From: a virus
Reading direction: 5' to 3' (one strand)
DNA length: 29,074 nt
Virus record (IMG/VR): IMGVR_UViG_3300031974_001755
The number at the start of each line of letters is the position of its first letter. Position 1 is the stretch's first letter. The position numbers and the translations under genes are program-made. Below are positions 23,835-29,074 of the stretch, one piece after another. Under the pieces are notes generated by a model. It was not told the origin of the DNA. It made no database searches and saw only the letters and a list, made by a program, of their open reading frames with translations.

Positions 23835-24739
23835 AATGGTAAATCTGTTTGTTCTTTGGTATTGTAAGTTACTAAATTTTTTCCATCTATTTCAAAACCT
23901 ACGTTATTTAAAATACTTCTAAACTTTACGGGATCGTCTATTGGTGTTGGCTTATAGCCCAATTCTTGGTTTTTAACTTTAGCTGAATATAGATTTGAGT
24001 ATATCCAATCCGTTTCGTGGTAAATGTATCTATGTATAATTAAGTAATCATCAGCTCGGTTCACAGATTGCCCACCCATTTCAGAGTCACTTGCCATTGG
24101 TGGTATAGGATGCCCTGAGTAATAATGCCCTTGTGGGTGTCTTTTCCTTAGAGCTTCTGTTACAGCGTGTACACATATCCACGTAGTAATGTTATGCTGT
24201 TTGCAGAAGATTCGTATATCGGTAAGACTTTCATAACTGTACTCGTAGCTGTTTGAGTTCTTAGGGATATCCTTTTTTAAGCTATTTAGAGGGTCAATCA
24301 AAAACCCCTGATAATCCCACGCCTTTTTTACAGCAGTTGCAAGTTCTAAAAGGTCTTTGTATGTGTATGCTTTCTCGCTATCTACAAACTTAAAATGTTT
24401 ATATACCCAATCGTATTGCTTTTCAAAGTCCTCTTTCTCTATTTGGTTGATTGGTTTGCCCTCTGCAAACTCTATAAGTTTACGGATGAGCGCATAGGGT
24501 TCGTTCTCACTGCTAAACACAAGCCATCGGACGTTATGCTTTAGAGAATATAGAAACATCAAATAAAATACTAAGTGTGTTTTGCCTGTGTTTGCGTGTC
24601 CTAAAATAAAATTAAGATTCCCATATACAAGTCTAAAGTGATTATCTAATCTATCAACCCCTAAGCGTAAACCCTCGTTTACTTTTCCTGCTCGTATGTC
24701 ATTAAGTTTCTTGAGATGTTTGTCAAAGTTTATTAGCAT
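23831..24739 (-). CDS. DnaB-family replicative helicase, RecA-like C-terminal domain only (302 aa), ending in DLPF
   Basis: Walker A ILGHANTGKTH, Walker B GFLIDPLNSL and a DnaB motif IV-like GGQSVNRADDYLIIHR. The C-terminus is ...KEQTDLPF. Confidence 0.7.
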   Translation of the reverse strand: MLINFDKHLKKLNDIRAGKVNEGLRLGVDRLDNHFRLVYGNLNFILGHANTGKTHLVFYLMFLYSLKHNVRWLVFSSENEPYALIRKLIEFAEGKPINQIEKEDFEKQYDWVYKHFKFVDSEKAYTYKDLLELATAVKKAWDYQGFLIDPLNSLKKDIPKNSNSYEYSYESLTDIRIFCKQHNITTWICVHAVTEALRKRHPQGHYYSGHPIPPMASDSEMGGQSVNRADDYLIIHRYIYHETDWIYSNLYSAKVKNQELGYKPTPIDDPVKFRSILNNVGFEIDGKNLVTYNTKEQTDLPF

Positions 24740-24762
24740 TTGGTAAAGTTATATAAAAAAGT

Positions 24763-24790
24763 CAAAAAAAAAGGGGGTGGTTAGCCCCCT
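24763..24790 (-). terminator. Rho-independent terminator T3, between the SSB-like gene and the helicase gene
   Basis: Minus strand AGGGGG-ctaacca-CCCCCT followed by T9. Confidence 0.8.
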
Positions 24791-24795
24791 GTTAA

Positions 24796-25122
24796 TTAAA
24801 ATGGTAAATCTGCTCTATCAGGTGCGTGTTCTTTAGCTTCGACACCCTCTGCTTGTTTGTGGATTTTCCACGCTTGTATTGTGTTAAATACTTTGACTTC
24901 CCCCTGTGGATTAGTCCACTCACGACCTCTAAGATTATACTGAACCTCTACATGATCGCCTTCGTTGTATTGGTCTAAAGTCGTGCATTTGTCATTTGAA
25001 AACATAACGCTTAATATCTGAGGATATTGCTCTTTAGTGTTTAATACAAGTTCTCTAAATTGATAATTCCCTTTTGTAGTAGTTTCGCCTACTCGTTTGA
25101 CAGTTCCAATAATACTACCCAT
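24796..25122 (-). CDS. DUF3127-type OB-fold protein with an SSB-like acidic C-terminal tip (108 aa); putative ssDNA-binding protein
   Basis: The core ...FRELVLNTKEQYPQILSVMFSNDK...GDHVEVQYNLRGREW...IQAWKI matches my memory of the DUF3127 pattern (QYPKxxxF...GxxVxVxFxxxxRE...AWK). The tail ...PDRADLPF resembles the SSB tip DDD(I/L)PF. Confidence 0.65.
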   Translation of the reverse strand: MGSIIGTVKRVGETTTKGNYQFRELVLNTKEQYPQILSVMFSNDKCTTLDQYNEGDHVEVQYNLRGREWTNPQGEVKVFNTIQAWKIHKQAEGVEAKEHAPDRADLPF

Positions 25123-25474
25123 TGTTCACAAAGTTGATTAATAATTGCGCATCTGCTATTACTGTTTGTATATCTGCGTTCGGTCTTGATGCGTGAAAGT
25201 CGGCAGCAGCTTTTACCATACTTTGACGAACAATAATCTGTTCTCTGTTTGCAGTCGGTGCTGCTTGTATGGGTTTATAAATGAGCTTCGCTGTGTTGTA
25301 TTGCTCATTCGTTACTTCAAAGTCGATGGTTTCGCCCACCTGCTTTTTAAATTCGCCTTTAGCTAAAAACTGATAGTTGTTACCATTTGCGAGATACACC
25401 TGATACTTATTAAAAGTACCTGATGCGTTTGTATAAGTACCTTTCGGTTCTATTTGAGTGATTTTACTCTGCAT
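25115..25474 (-). CDS. Hypothetical early protein (119 aa)
   Basis: ORF with an ATG start. Overlaps the next gene by 8 nt. No family recognised. Confidence 0.55.
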   Translation of the reverse strand: MQSKITQIEPKGTYTNASGTFNKYQVYLANGNNYQFLAKGEFKKQVGETIDFEVTNEQYNTAKLIYKPIQAAPTANREQIIVRQSMVKAAADFHASRPNADIQTVIADAQLLINFVNNG

Positions 25475-25574
25475 AATATAATTCTAATTGTTTTTCTAAA
25501 ATTTCTATATGGGCTTCTAACTCTTCTATTCTATTACCCATAGTTTCTAATCGTGCCTTATCAAAGTCCTTCAT
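25464..25574 (-). CDS. Possible 36-aa coiled-coil ORF (MKDFDKARLETMGNRIEELEAHIEILEKQLELYYAE)
   Basis: Open frame verified. It overlaps both neighbours (by 14 nt and 11 nt) and fills the apparent gap 25475-25560. Confidence 0.35.
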   Translation of the reverse strand: MKDFDKARLETMGNRIEELEAHIEILEKQLELYYAE

Positions 25575-25743
25575 GAGTTCCACTGTATAATCCGTATCGC
25601 TTATTTTCTTCCTCTTTAAACGTATCGAGTATATCGTATAAGTCGTTCAGGGTTTGATTAGACATATCGCCCTGATTGGCGAGTGTGTAAGTAACAGCGT
25701 AGAGTATTGCATCTTGCTGTTCGGTATTTAATTTGAAATTCAT
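25561..25743 (-). CDS. Hypothetical early protein (60 aa)
   Basis: First ORF after the predicted promoter at 25765-25795. ATG start. Confidence 0.55.
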   Translation of the reverse strand: MNFKLNTEQQDAILYAVTYTLANQGDMSNQTLNDLYDILDTFKEEENKRYGLYSGTHEGL

Positions 25744-25764
25744 AATAATGTTTTAATGTTGGTG

Positions 25765-25795
25765 TAAATATATAAACTTTTTTTAAAAAAACAAA
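25765..25795 (-). promoter_or_regulatory. Bacteroidota-type promoter candidate: TTTG - 19 nt - TATATTTA
   Basis: Minus strand TTTGtttttttaaaaaaagtttaTATATTTA. The box ends 21 nt before the ATG at 25743. The architecture and spacing match the 21534-21563 candidate. The -33 element sits in the U-tract of terminator T4. Confidence 0.45.
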
Positions 25796-25815
25796 AGGGG
25801 GGCAAAGCACCCCCC
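25785..25815 (-). terminator. Rho-independent terminator T4, after ninG
   Basis: Minus strand GGGGGG-tgctttg-CCCCCC followed by TTTTGTTTTTTT. Confidence 0.8.
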
Positions 25816-25860
25816 AAAAGCATAACATTAAAACGTGTTCGGATGAACAGTACAAAAGTA

Positions 25861-26259
25861 CTACTTCATTTTCTTTTTGACAAGAGCTGTGTATTTAGTT
25901 ATTAACCCTTGCAGGTCATTGTTTGAGTATTTAGTGATTTGCATGGCTTTAGCGTGTAAGTTCTCTGCTGTGCCATAACCATAATCTTCATCTAACCTTA
26001 CACCAAACTTGTATTGTTCGCCATATCTAAACACATTACACGCAGAGCATTGTACTTGGCAGTTTGTTTCATCCCATCTTGTTCCGTAGTGCTTTCTGCT
26101 TTGAAAGTGCCCGTTTTGTAATCGCTTCCAATGTTCTGTTTTACCACAGGTGTAGCACTCAGCTATCCCCTGAGCATTTGCGTTTCTAAGTCGTATGTAC
26201 TGACTAAAGATATTATCTAAACGCTTTACAAGATTTTTGCGTGATACCTTCTTAGGCAT
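25861..26259 (-). CDS. ninG: NinG/Rap-like recombination protein (132 aa)
   Basis: IAECYTCGKTEHWKRLQNGHFQSRKHYGTRWDETNCQVQCSACN matches the lambda NinG family Cys/His pattern. Confidence 0.7.
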   Translation of the reverse strand: MPKKVSRKNLVKRLDNIFSQYIRLRNANAQGIAECYTCGKTEHWKRLQNGHFQSRKHYGTRWDETNCQVQCSACNVFRYGEQYKFGVRLDEDYGYGTAENLHAKAMQITKYSNNDLQGLITKYTALVKKKMK

Positions 26260-26429
26260 TACACAACAGCGTTATCTAAGATTTGAATTATATGGCGTAT
26301 CTCTGACTTCTCAAACTTACCCTCAATAGAAGCGTTATACGTTTTAAATGTTAAGTGATACATATCTTTCTCTGTATCCCCTTTAAGTTCTTTTTTACCT
26401 AAGTAGTCTATTTTTAAATCAAATTTCAT
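26259..26429 (-). CDS. 56-aa ORF (MKFDLKIDYLGKKELKGDTEKDMYHLTFKTYNASIEGKFEKSEIRHIIQILDNAVV)
   Basis: ATG at 26429, immediately after the AT-rich region. TAATG overlap with ninG. All 57 codons verified. Just under the track cutoff. Confidence 0.55.
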   Translation of the reverse strand: MKFDLKIDYLGKKELKGDTEKDMYHLTFKTYNASIEGKFEKSEIRHIIQILDNAVV

Positions 26430-26534
26430 TTTTTTTGCTTTATATATATATATATAAATATACTAATTATTTTTTTTATATTATATTATTATATTATTAT
26501 ATTATACTTTTAAGTATATTATTATATATATATA
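26430..26534. repeat. 105-bp nearly pure A/T non-coding region: (TA)8 at 26441-26456, three perfect tandem ATTATATT units at 26480-26503, and (TA)6 at 26523-26534
   Basis: Read directly; only a handful of G/C bases are present. It separates the end of the lysis cassette from the first early gene. It is a candidate early promoter, DNA-unwinding element or origin (inference). Confidence 0.7.
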
Positions 26535-26984
26535 CTACTTAGTGATTTTTTTAAATTTTTCAAAACCTCTACTACCAAAGTACGCCACATAGATTGTTAC
26601 GAGTAAAGTTTTAAGCAACTCTATCCACGCTTCATCTATCTCAAAAGCTATGTTTAAACTATCAAGAACAATGTAGATTGTAGTCGCAAGGGTAAGGTAT
26701 ATAAGCGTTATCGGTCTTACATTCTTACTTAAAAAACTATCGGAAGTCATATCTGATTGCCAACGCTTACTTACTTCCTGAATCTCTTGTGCGTCCATTT
26801 CAAGCAGTTTTAAGGCAGTTTCTTTATCCTGTGGGGTAAGGGTATCATCTTTTGCTATAAGTCGCTTAAACACCCCTAAAAATCCATTGTCGGGCAATAT
26901 ATCACCCATTCCATCGCCAAGCGTAGAACCCACTGATGTTAAGAATCTACCTACTTTCGTGTACTTAAACTTCTTTTTACTCAT
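26535..26984 (-). CDS. Membrane protein with a soluble N-terminus and C-terminal TM helices; 3TM-holin-like (149 aa)
   Basis: Hydrophobic segments ITLIYLTLATTIYIVL and LLKTLLVTIYVAYFG. Adjacent to the endolysin. The overall layout resembles the GTA/3TM holin family. The function is inferred. Confidence 0.4.
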   Translation of the reverse strand: MSKKKFKYTKVGRFLTSVGSTLGDGMGDILPDNGFLGVFKRLIAKDDTLTPQDKETALKLLEMDAQEIQEVSKRWQSDMTSDSFLSKNVRPITLIYLTLATTIYIVLDSLNIAFEIDEAWIELLKTLLVTIYVAYFGSRGFEKFKKITK

Positions 26985-27112
26985 ATTTTCTAAATTGTAA
27001 TTGAAAGATAAATAGATATATATTCAGCTCATTGAATTTGTACCTACCTGTTGCGGGGTAATAAGATATACCTGCTATAAACGAGGTAGGGAATAATAGT
27101 ATAATTGAAAAA

Positions 27113-27475
27113 CTACGCATAAGTCCATATTACTTCATTTGCCTTTTCAGGGTCTATATCTACGTGAATAAAACTGTTTGCTATCCCTATACGCTTAAAA
27201 CCTACGTCTAACAAGCAGTTAATTAAATGGTATCTATCAACAGAGCTTGAACACGCTATATCAACAGCTAAACCCCTAAGATGACTACTGTTAGGCGTTC
27301 CACCCACTTTAGCATTGTGTTTTTCTGTGCGATACCCTGAGTTAATTTTTATGGGCTTGTCAAACTTATCTCTTGCTTGGTCTAACATCTCTAAGATATC
27401 AGGATGCATTTTCTTACCGCTTCCCACTTCATCAGGGCTATCAAACTCTGTATAAGTAAAATACTTCATTCGCAA
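27113..27475 (-). CDS. Endolysin, Peptidase_M15 (VanY/M15A-like zinc peptidase) (120 aa)
   Basis: YFTYTEFDSPD...INSGYRTEKHNAKVGGTPNSSHLRGLAVDIA...SFIHVD supplies the H-x6-D...H zinc triad of M15 cell-wall peptidases. Confidence 0.8.
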   Translation of the reverse strand: MRMKYFTYTEFDSPDEVGSGKKMHPDILEMLDQARDKFDKPIKINSGYRTEKHNAKVGGTPNSSHLRGLAVDIACSSSVDRYHLINCLLDVGFKRIGIANSFIHVDIDPEKANEVIWTYA

Positions 27476-27822
27476 TCTTTGTATTTAAAGTTTTGACCTG
27501 TAACAGATAGCTTCTCTATCACATCGCTTTGTAAGTTTCTCAGTAGTGCTTCTATGTTATTCTTTTCCTCTACGAGCTGCTTTACCTTTGTTTCAAGACT
27601 TTGGCTTTTTGCTTGTAGCTCTGCAACTTCCTCAGGGTTCTTACCTATGAATGTATAGATCACAACCGACAGAGAACCTACTAACATACCTACAATCACT
27701 TTAAAAATATCGTTATTTGTTTCAGGTATCTCGTAAAAAGCTAAAAATAAAAGCAGAGCCATTACAAGAAAAAATATAACACCTGCACCTATATAACCCC
27801 TAAGCTCTTTATCTTTAGTCAT
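27466..27822 (-). CDS. Two-TM membrane protein with a C-terminal coiled coil (118 aa); holin/antiholin or spanin-like
   Basis: TM segments GAGVIFFLVMALLLFLAFY and VIVGMLVGSLSVVIYTFIG, followed by a helical AELQAKSQSLETKVKQLVEEKNNIEALLRNLQ. Overlaps the endolysin start. Confidence 0.45.
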   Translation of the reverse strand: MTKDKELRGYIGAGVIFFLVMALLLFLAFYEIPETNNDIFKVIVGMLVGSLSVVIYTFIGKNPEEVAELQAKSQSLETKVKQLVEEKNNIEALLRNLQSDVIEKLSVTGQNFKYKDCE

Positions 27823-27973
27823 TTCGCTTTCTTATCTCCCACCATTTTTGTATAGTGTACCCAATCGACACCACAAGTAAAAGTATTTTCAACGCTGTTT
27901 CTATTTGGTCTATTGCTGTTATCGTCATTGTTGACAAGTTCATTACATATACTTTAAAACTTGTAGCATCCAT
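27815..27973 (-). CDS. Small single-TM protein, holin-like (52 aa from the ATG at 27973). The track gives 27815..28018.
   Basis: LKILLLVVSIGYTIQKWW followed by a basic tail, EIRKRND. The ATG at 27973 lies 4 nt after the upstream stop, whereas the track start would overlap the upstream gene by 41 nt. Confidence 0.4.
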   Translation of the reverse strand: MDATSFKVYVMNLSTMTITAIDQIETALKILLLVVSIGYTIQKWWEIRKRND

Positions 27974-27977
27974 TTTA

Positions 27978-28250
27978 TTAACTTTTATATTCATAATTGG
28001 CAAAGGTGTGTACACCATTACCTTTTACTGTTATCTCATAAGACTTCCAACCATAAGGGCTTTCGTCCAAATCCTTCCATAAGGCATCGACAGAATACTT
28101 TGTTTTTTTAAGCGCACCGAGTTTTACTAATACATGATCGTGAGTGGGTGTAGTGTTACCATCTTCATCTGTATCGTGTGGTAAAGCGGATATTTTACTA
28201 TCCGCCTGTTCCTCACTTTCAAACTCATACTTTTTCCAAAGGTATGCCAT
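27978..28250 (-). CDS. Hypothetical protein (90 aa)
   Basis: ORF with a TAATG-type 1-nt overlap to the upstream gene. No family recognised. Confidence 0.55.
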   Translation of the reverse strand: MAYLWKKYEFESEEQADSKISALPHDTDEDGNTTPTHDHVLVKLGALKKTKYSVDALWKDLDESPYGWKSYEITVKGNGVHTFANYEYKS

Positions 28251-28444
28251 TACAAAATTTCTTTAAGAGCTTTTACAAACGCTTGTTTACCGAATTGCAG
28301 TTGCTCTAAGTTAAACTGTGAGCTACCGATTTTGCGGTCTAAGTCTGCGATGTGGTTTACATACGCTTTTTGCTCGTCTGTAAGCTCTTCGTAAAAATAC
28401 TCTTGTTCGTCAATAATAATAGGTGTCTTTTCTTTTTTTCCCAT
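28250..28444 (-). CDS. Hypothetical protein (64 aa), directly downstream of the tail fibre gene
   Basis: ORF with an ATG start, 14 nt after the fibre stop. Confidence 0.55.
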   Translation of the reverse strand: MGKKEKTPIIIDEQEYFYEELTDEQKAYVNHIADLDRKIGSSQFNLEQLQFGKQAFVKALKEIL

Positions 28445-28458
28445 TGTGTTAAAATTTA

Positions 28459-29074
28459 TTAATTATTAATTTGTGCCTTGAGTGAGTTTACCTCTGCTCT
28501 TAGCTCTTTTATAGCTCCTACCAATAGCGGTACGAGTTTACTTTGGTCTATGCCTTGATAGATGTCGTTTCCGTCTTCGTCTACTGCGTCTTTATCTCCT
28601 GTTACCGCTTCGGGTACGATGTCTTGTACTTCGTGCGCTAAGAATCCGTCAACAGTAGTGTCTTCGTCTGCAATAAAGTTAAAGCGTTTTGGTTCAAGTT
28701 GGTCAACCCTATCCAAAGCACCTGTCATATCTACTACGTTTTCTTTTAAGCGATAGTCAGATGAGGTGTTGTAAGCAGTTTCAGTTCCATTAGTCACTAT
28801 TTGCCCAACAATACCATTTCCATTAATAAAATCAACTAAGTTTAAACTTGTTGTCCCTGTAGTAGCACATCTTAAAATAGCCCTTGCATTATTCGCGGGA
28901 GTTATGCTAACACCTCCATTATTTGTAACAGTAGGGTCTGTTGTCGTACTAACAAGCAATCTACCACTTGAGTCTATGCGCATACGTTCGTTAGCACCAT
29001 TGGTATAAAATGCTAACGCATCGCCAACACTACCTAATCTTGTGCTAAATTGCCCCGCAGTAGAATTTGGGTCG
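28459..29074 (-). CDS. Tail fibre protein, C-terminal part, with a Peptidase_S74-type intramolecular chaperone (autoproteolytic) domain. 28984..29074 duplicates 1..91.
   Basis: Same frame as 1..2994 across the junction (...AFYTNGANER|MRIDSSGRLLVS...). The M at 28983 that the track treats as a start is an internal Met of the fifth ERMRIDSSG repeat. The C-terminus SSDYRLKENVVDMTGALDRVDQLEPKRFNF...GFLAHEVQDIVPEAV...IDQSKLVPLLVGAIKELRAEVNSLKAQI matches the S74 consensus (SDxRxK ... AQEV ... P ... L). Stop at 28459. Confidence 0.88.
   Translation of the reverse strand, partial: DPNSTAGQFSTRLGSVGDALAFYTNGANERMRIDSSGRLLVSTTTDPTVTNNGGVSITPANNARAILRCATTGTTSLNLVDFINGNGIVGQIVTNGTETAYNTSSDYRLKENVVDMTGALDRVDQLEPKRFNFIADEDTTVDGFLAHEVQDIVPEAVTGDKDAVDEDGNDIYQGIDQSKLVPLLVGAIKELRAEVNSLKAQINN
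28984..29074. repeat. Right copy of the 91-bp terminal identity (same as 1..91)
   Basis: Base-for-base identical to 1..91. The unit genome length is therefore 28,983 bp, which is divisible by 3, so the reading frame is kept across the junction. Confidence 0.95.

Noticed and set aside
19257-23910. Plus-strand TACGTTAT 8-mers at 19257-19264 and 23900-23907
   Set aside because: They match only 8 of 11 positions, lie on the non-coding strand and sit inside genes. About one such 8-mer per strand is expected by chance at this base composition (rough estimate).
25658-25855. Minus-strand 65-aa ORF (MYCSSEHVLMLCFWGVLCPPFVFLKK...)
   Set aside because: It reads straight through terminator hairpin T4 (the GGGGGG/CCCCCC stem produces the WGVLCPP segment) and the predicted promoter. 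It also overlaps the 60-aa gene in another frame. It is most likely a chance ORF in regulatory DNA.
26430-26534. CRISPR-like or satellite array
   Set aside because: The units are only 2-8 bp, with no spacers and no cas genes. This is simple A/T microsatellite-like sequence, not a CRISPR array.
27040-27095. Inverted repeat CCTACCT ... AGGTAGG in the gap between the endolysin and the 149-aa gene; also considered as a possible tRNA or terminator
   Set aside because: It is a 7-bp stem with a loop of about 30 nt and no following U-tract. I could draw no cloverleaf. My coordinates in this stretch may also be off by one relative to the ORF track.
4050-28756. All other plus-strand ORFs in the track (for example 4050-4295, 7488-7748, 8900-9170, 9291-9723, 9720-9986, 10226-11052, 13528-13710, 15698-15946, 18109-18712, 19270-19959, 20420-21016, 21614-21817, 22330-22554, 23722-23922, 27855-28082, 28562-28756)
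   Set aside because: Each is nested antisense within a well-supported minus-strand gene and has biased, nonsense-like composition. No intergenic space, promoter or terminator supports plus-strand transcription anywhere in the genome.

Overview
The window is a complete, very compact tailed-phage genome. Bases 1-91 are identical to 28984-29074, so the unit length is 28,983 bp and the contig is circular or circularly permuted. Every credible gene is on the minus strand; I regard all plus-strand ORFs in the track as antisense shadows.

Gene order read along the minus strand:
- Tail fibre: 2994..1, continuing across the junction to 28983..28459. The track misses this gene because it runs off the left edge.
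- Two small ORFs, then a lysis cassette (membrane proteins plus an M15 endolysin).
- A 105-bp, almost pure A/T tandem-repeat region.
- Early and replication module: NinG, a DUF3127/SSB-like protein, a DnaB-type helicase and an ECF-like sigma factor.
- Accessory DNA-metabolism module: a nuclease-like protein, a C5 methyltransferase, a RecE-like exonuclease, a ParB-like protein, a DnaA-domain-IV-like protein and an N6/N4 methyltransferase.
- A chain of sub-60-aa ORFs.
- TerS-like and TerL genes.
- Tail and neck genes.
- Head genes: XkdF-like protease, scaffold, major capsid protein (MCP), tube-like protein and a portal-MuF fusion.

I saw no tRNA, CRISPR array, integrase, repressor, DNA polymerase or reverse transcriptase.

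Main signals beyond the ORF track:
1. The hidden 1172-aa fibre gene and the circular junction.
2. A conserved 11-mer, TACGTTATATA, present six times on the coding strand. All copies are intergenic, and five end 1-6 nt before a start codon. The phage also encodes its own sigma-like factor.
3. At least 15 unlisted small ORFs, most linked to neighbours by ATGA-type overlaps. They include extremely basic peptides inside the head module.
4. An identical SSB-tip-like C-terminus (DLPF) on both the SSB-like protein and the helicase.
5. Bacteroidota-style promoters (TTG-19 nt-TAnnTTTG) and no Shine-Dalgarno sequences, which suggests a Bacteroidota (Flavobacteriia-like) host. This is inference.

Product calls come from motif recognition by eye, not database searches.
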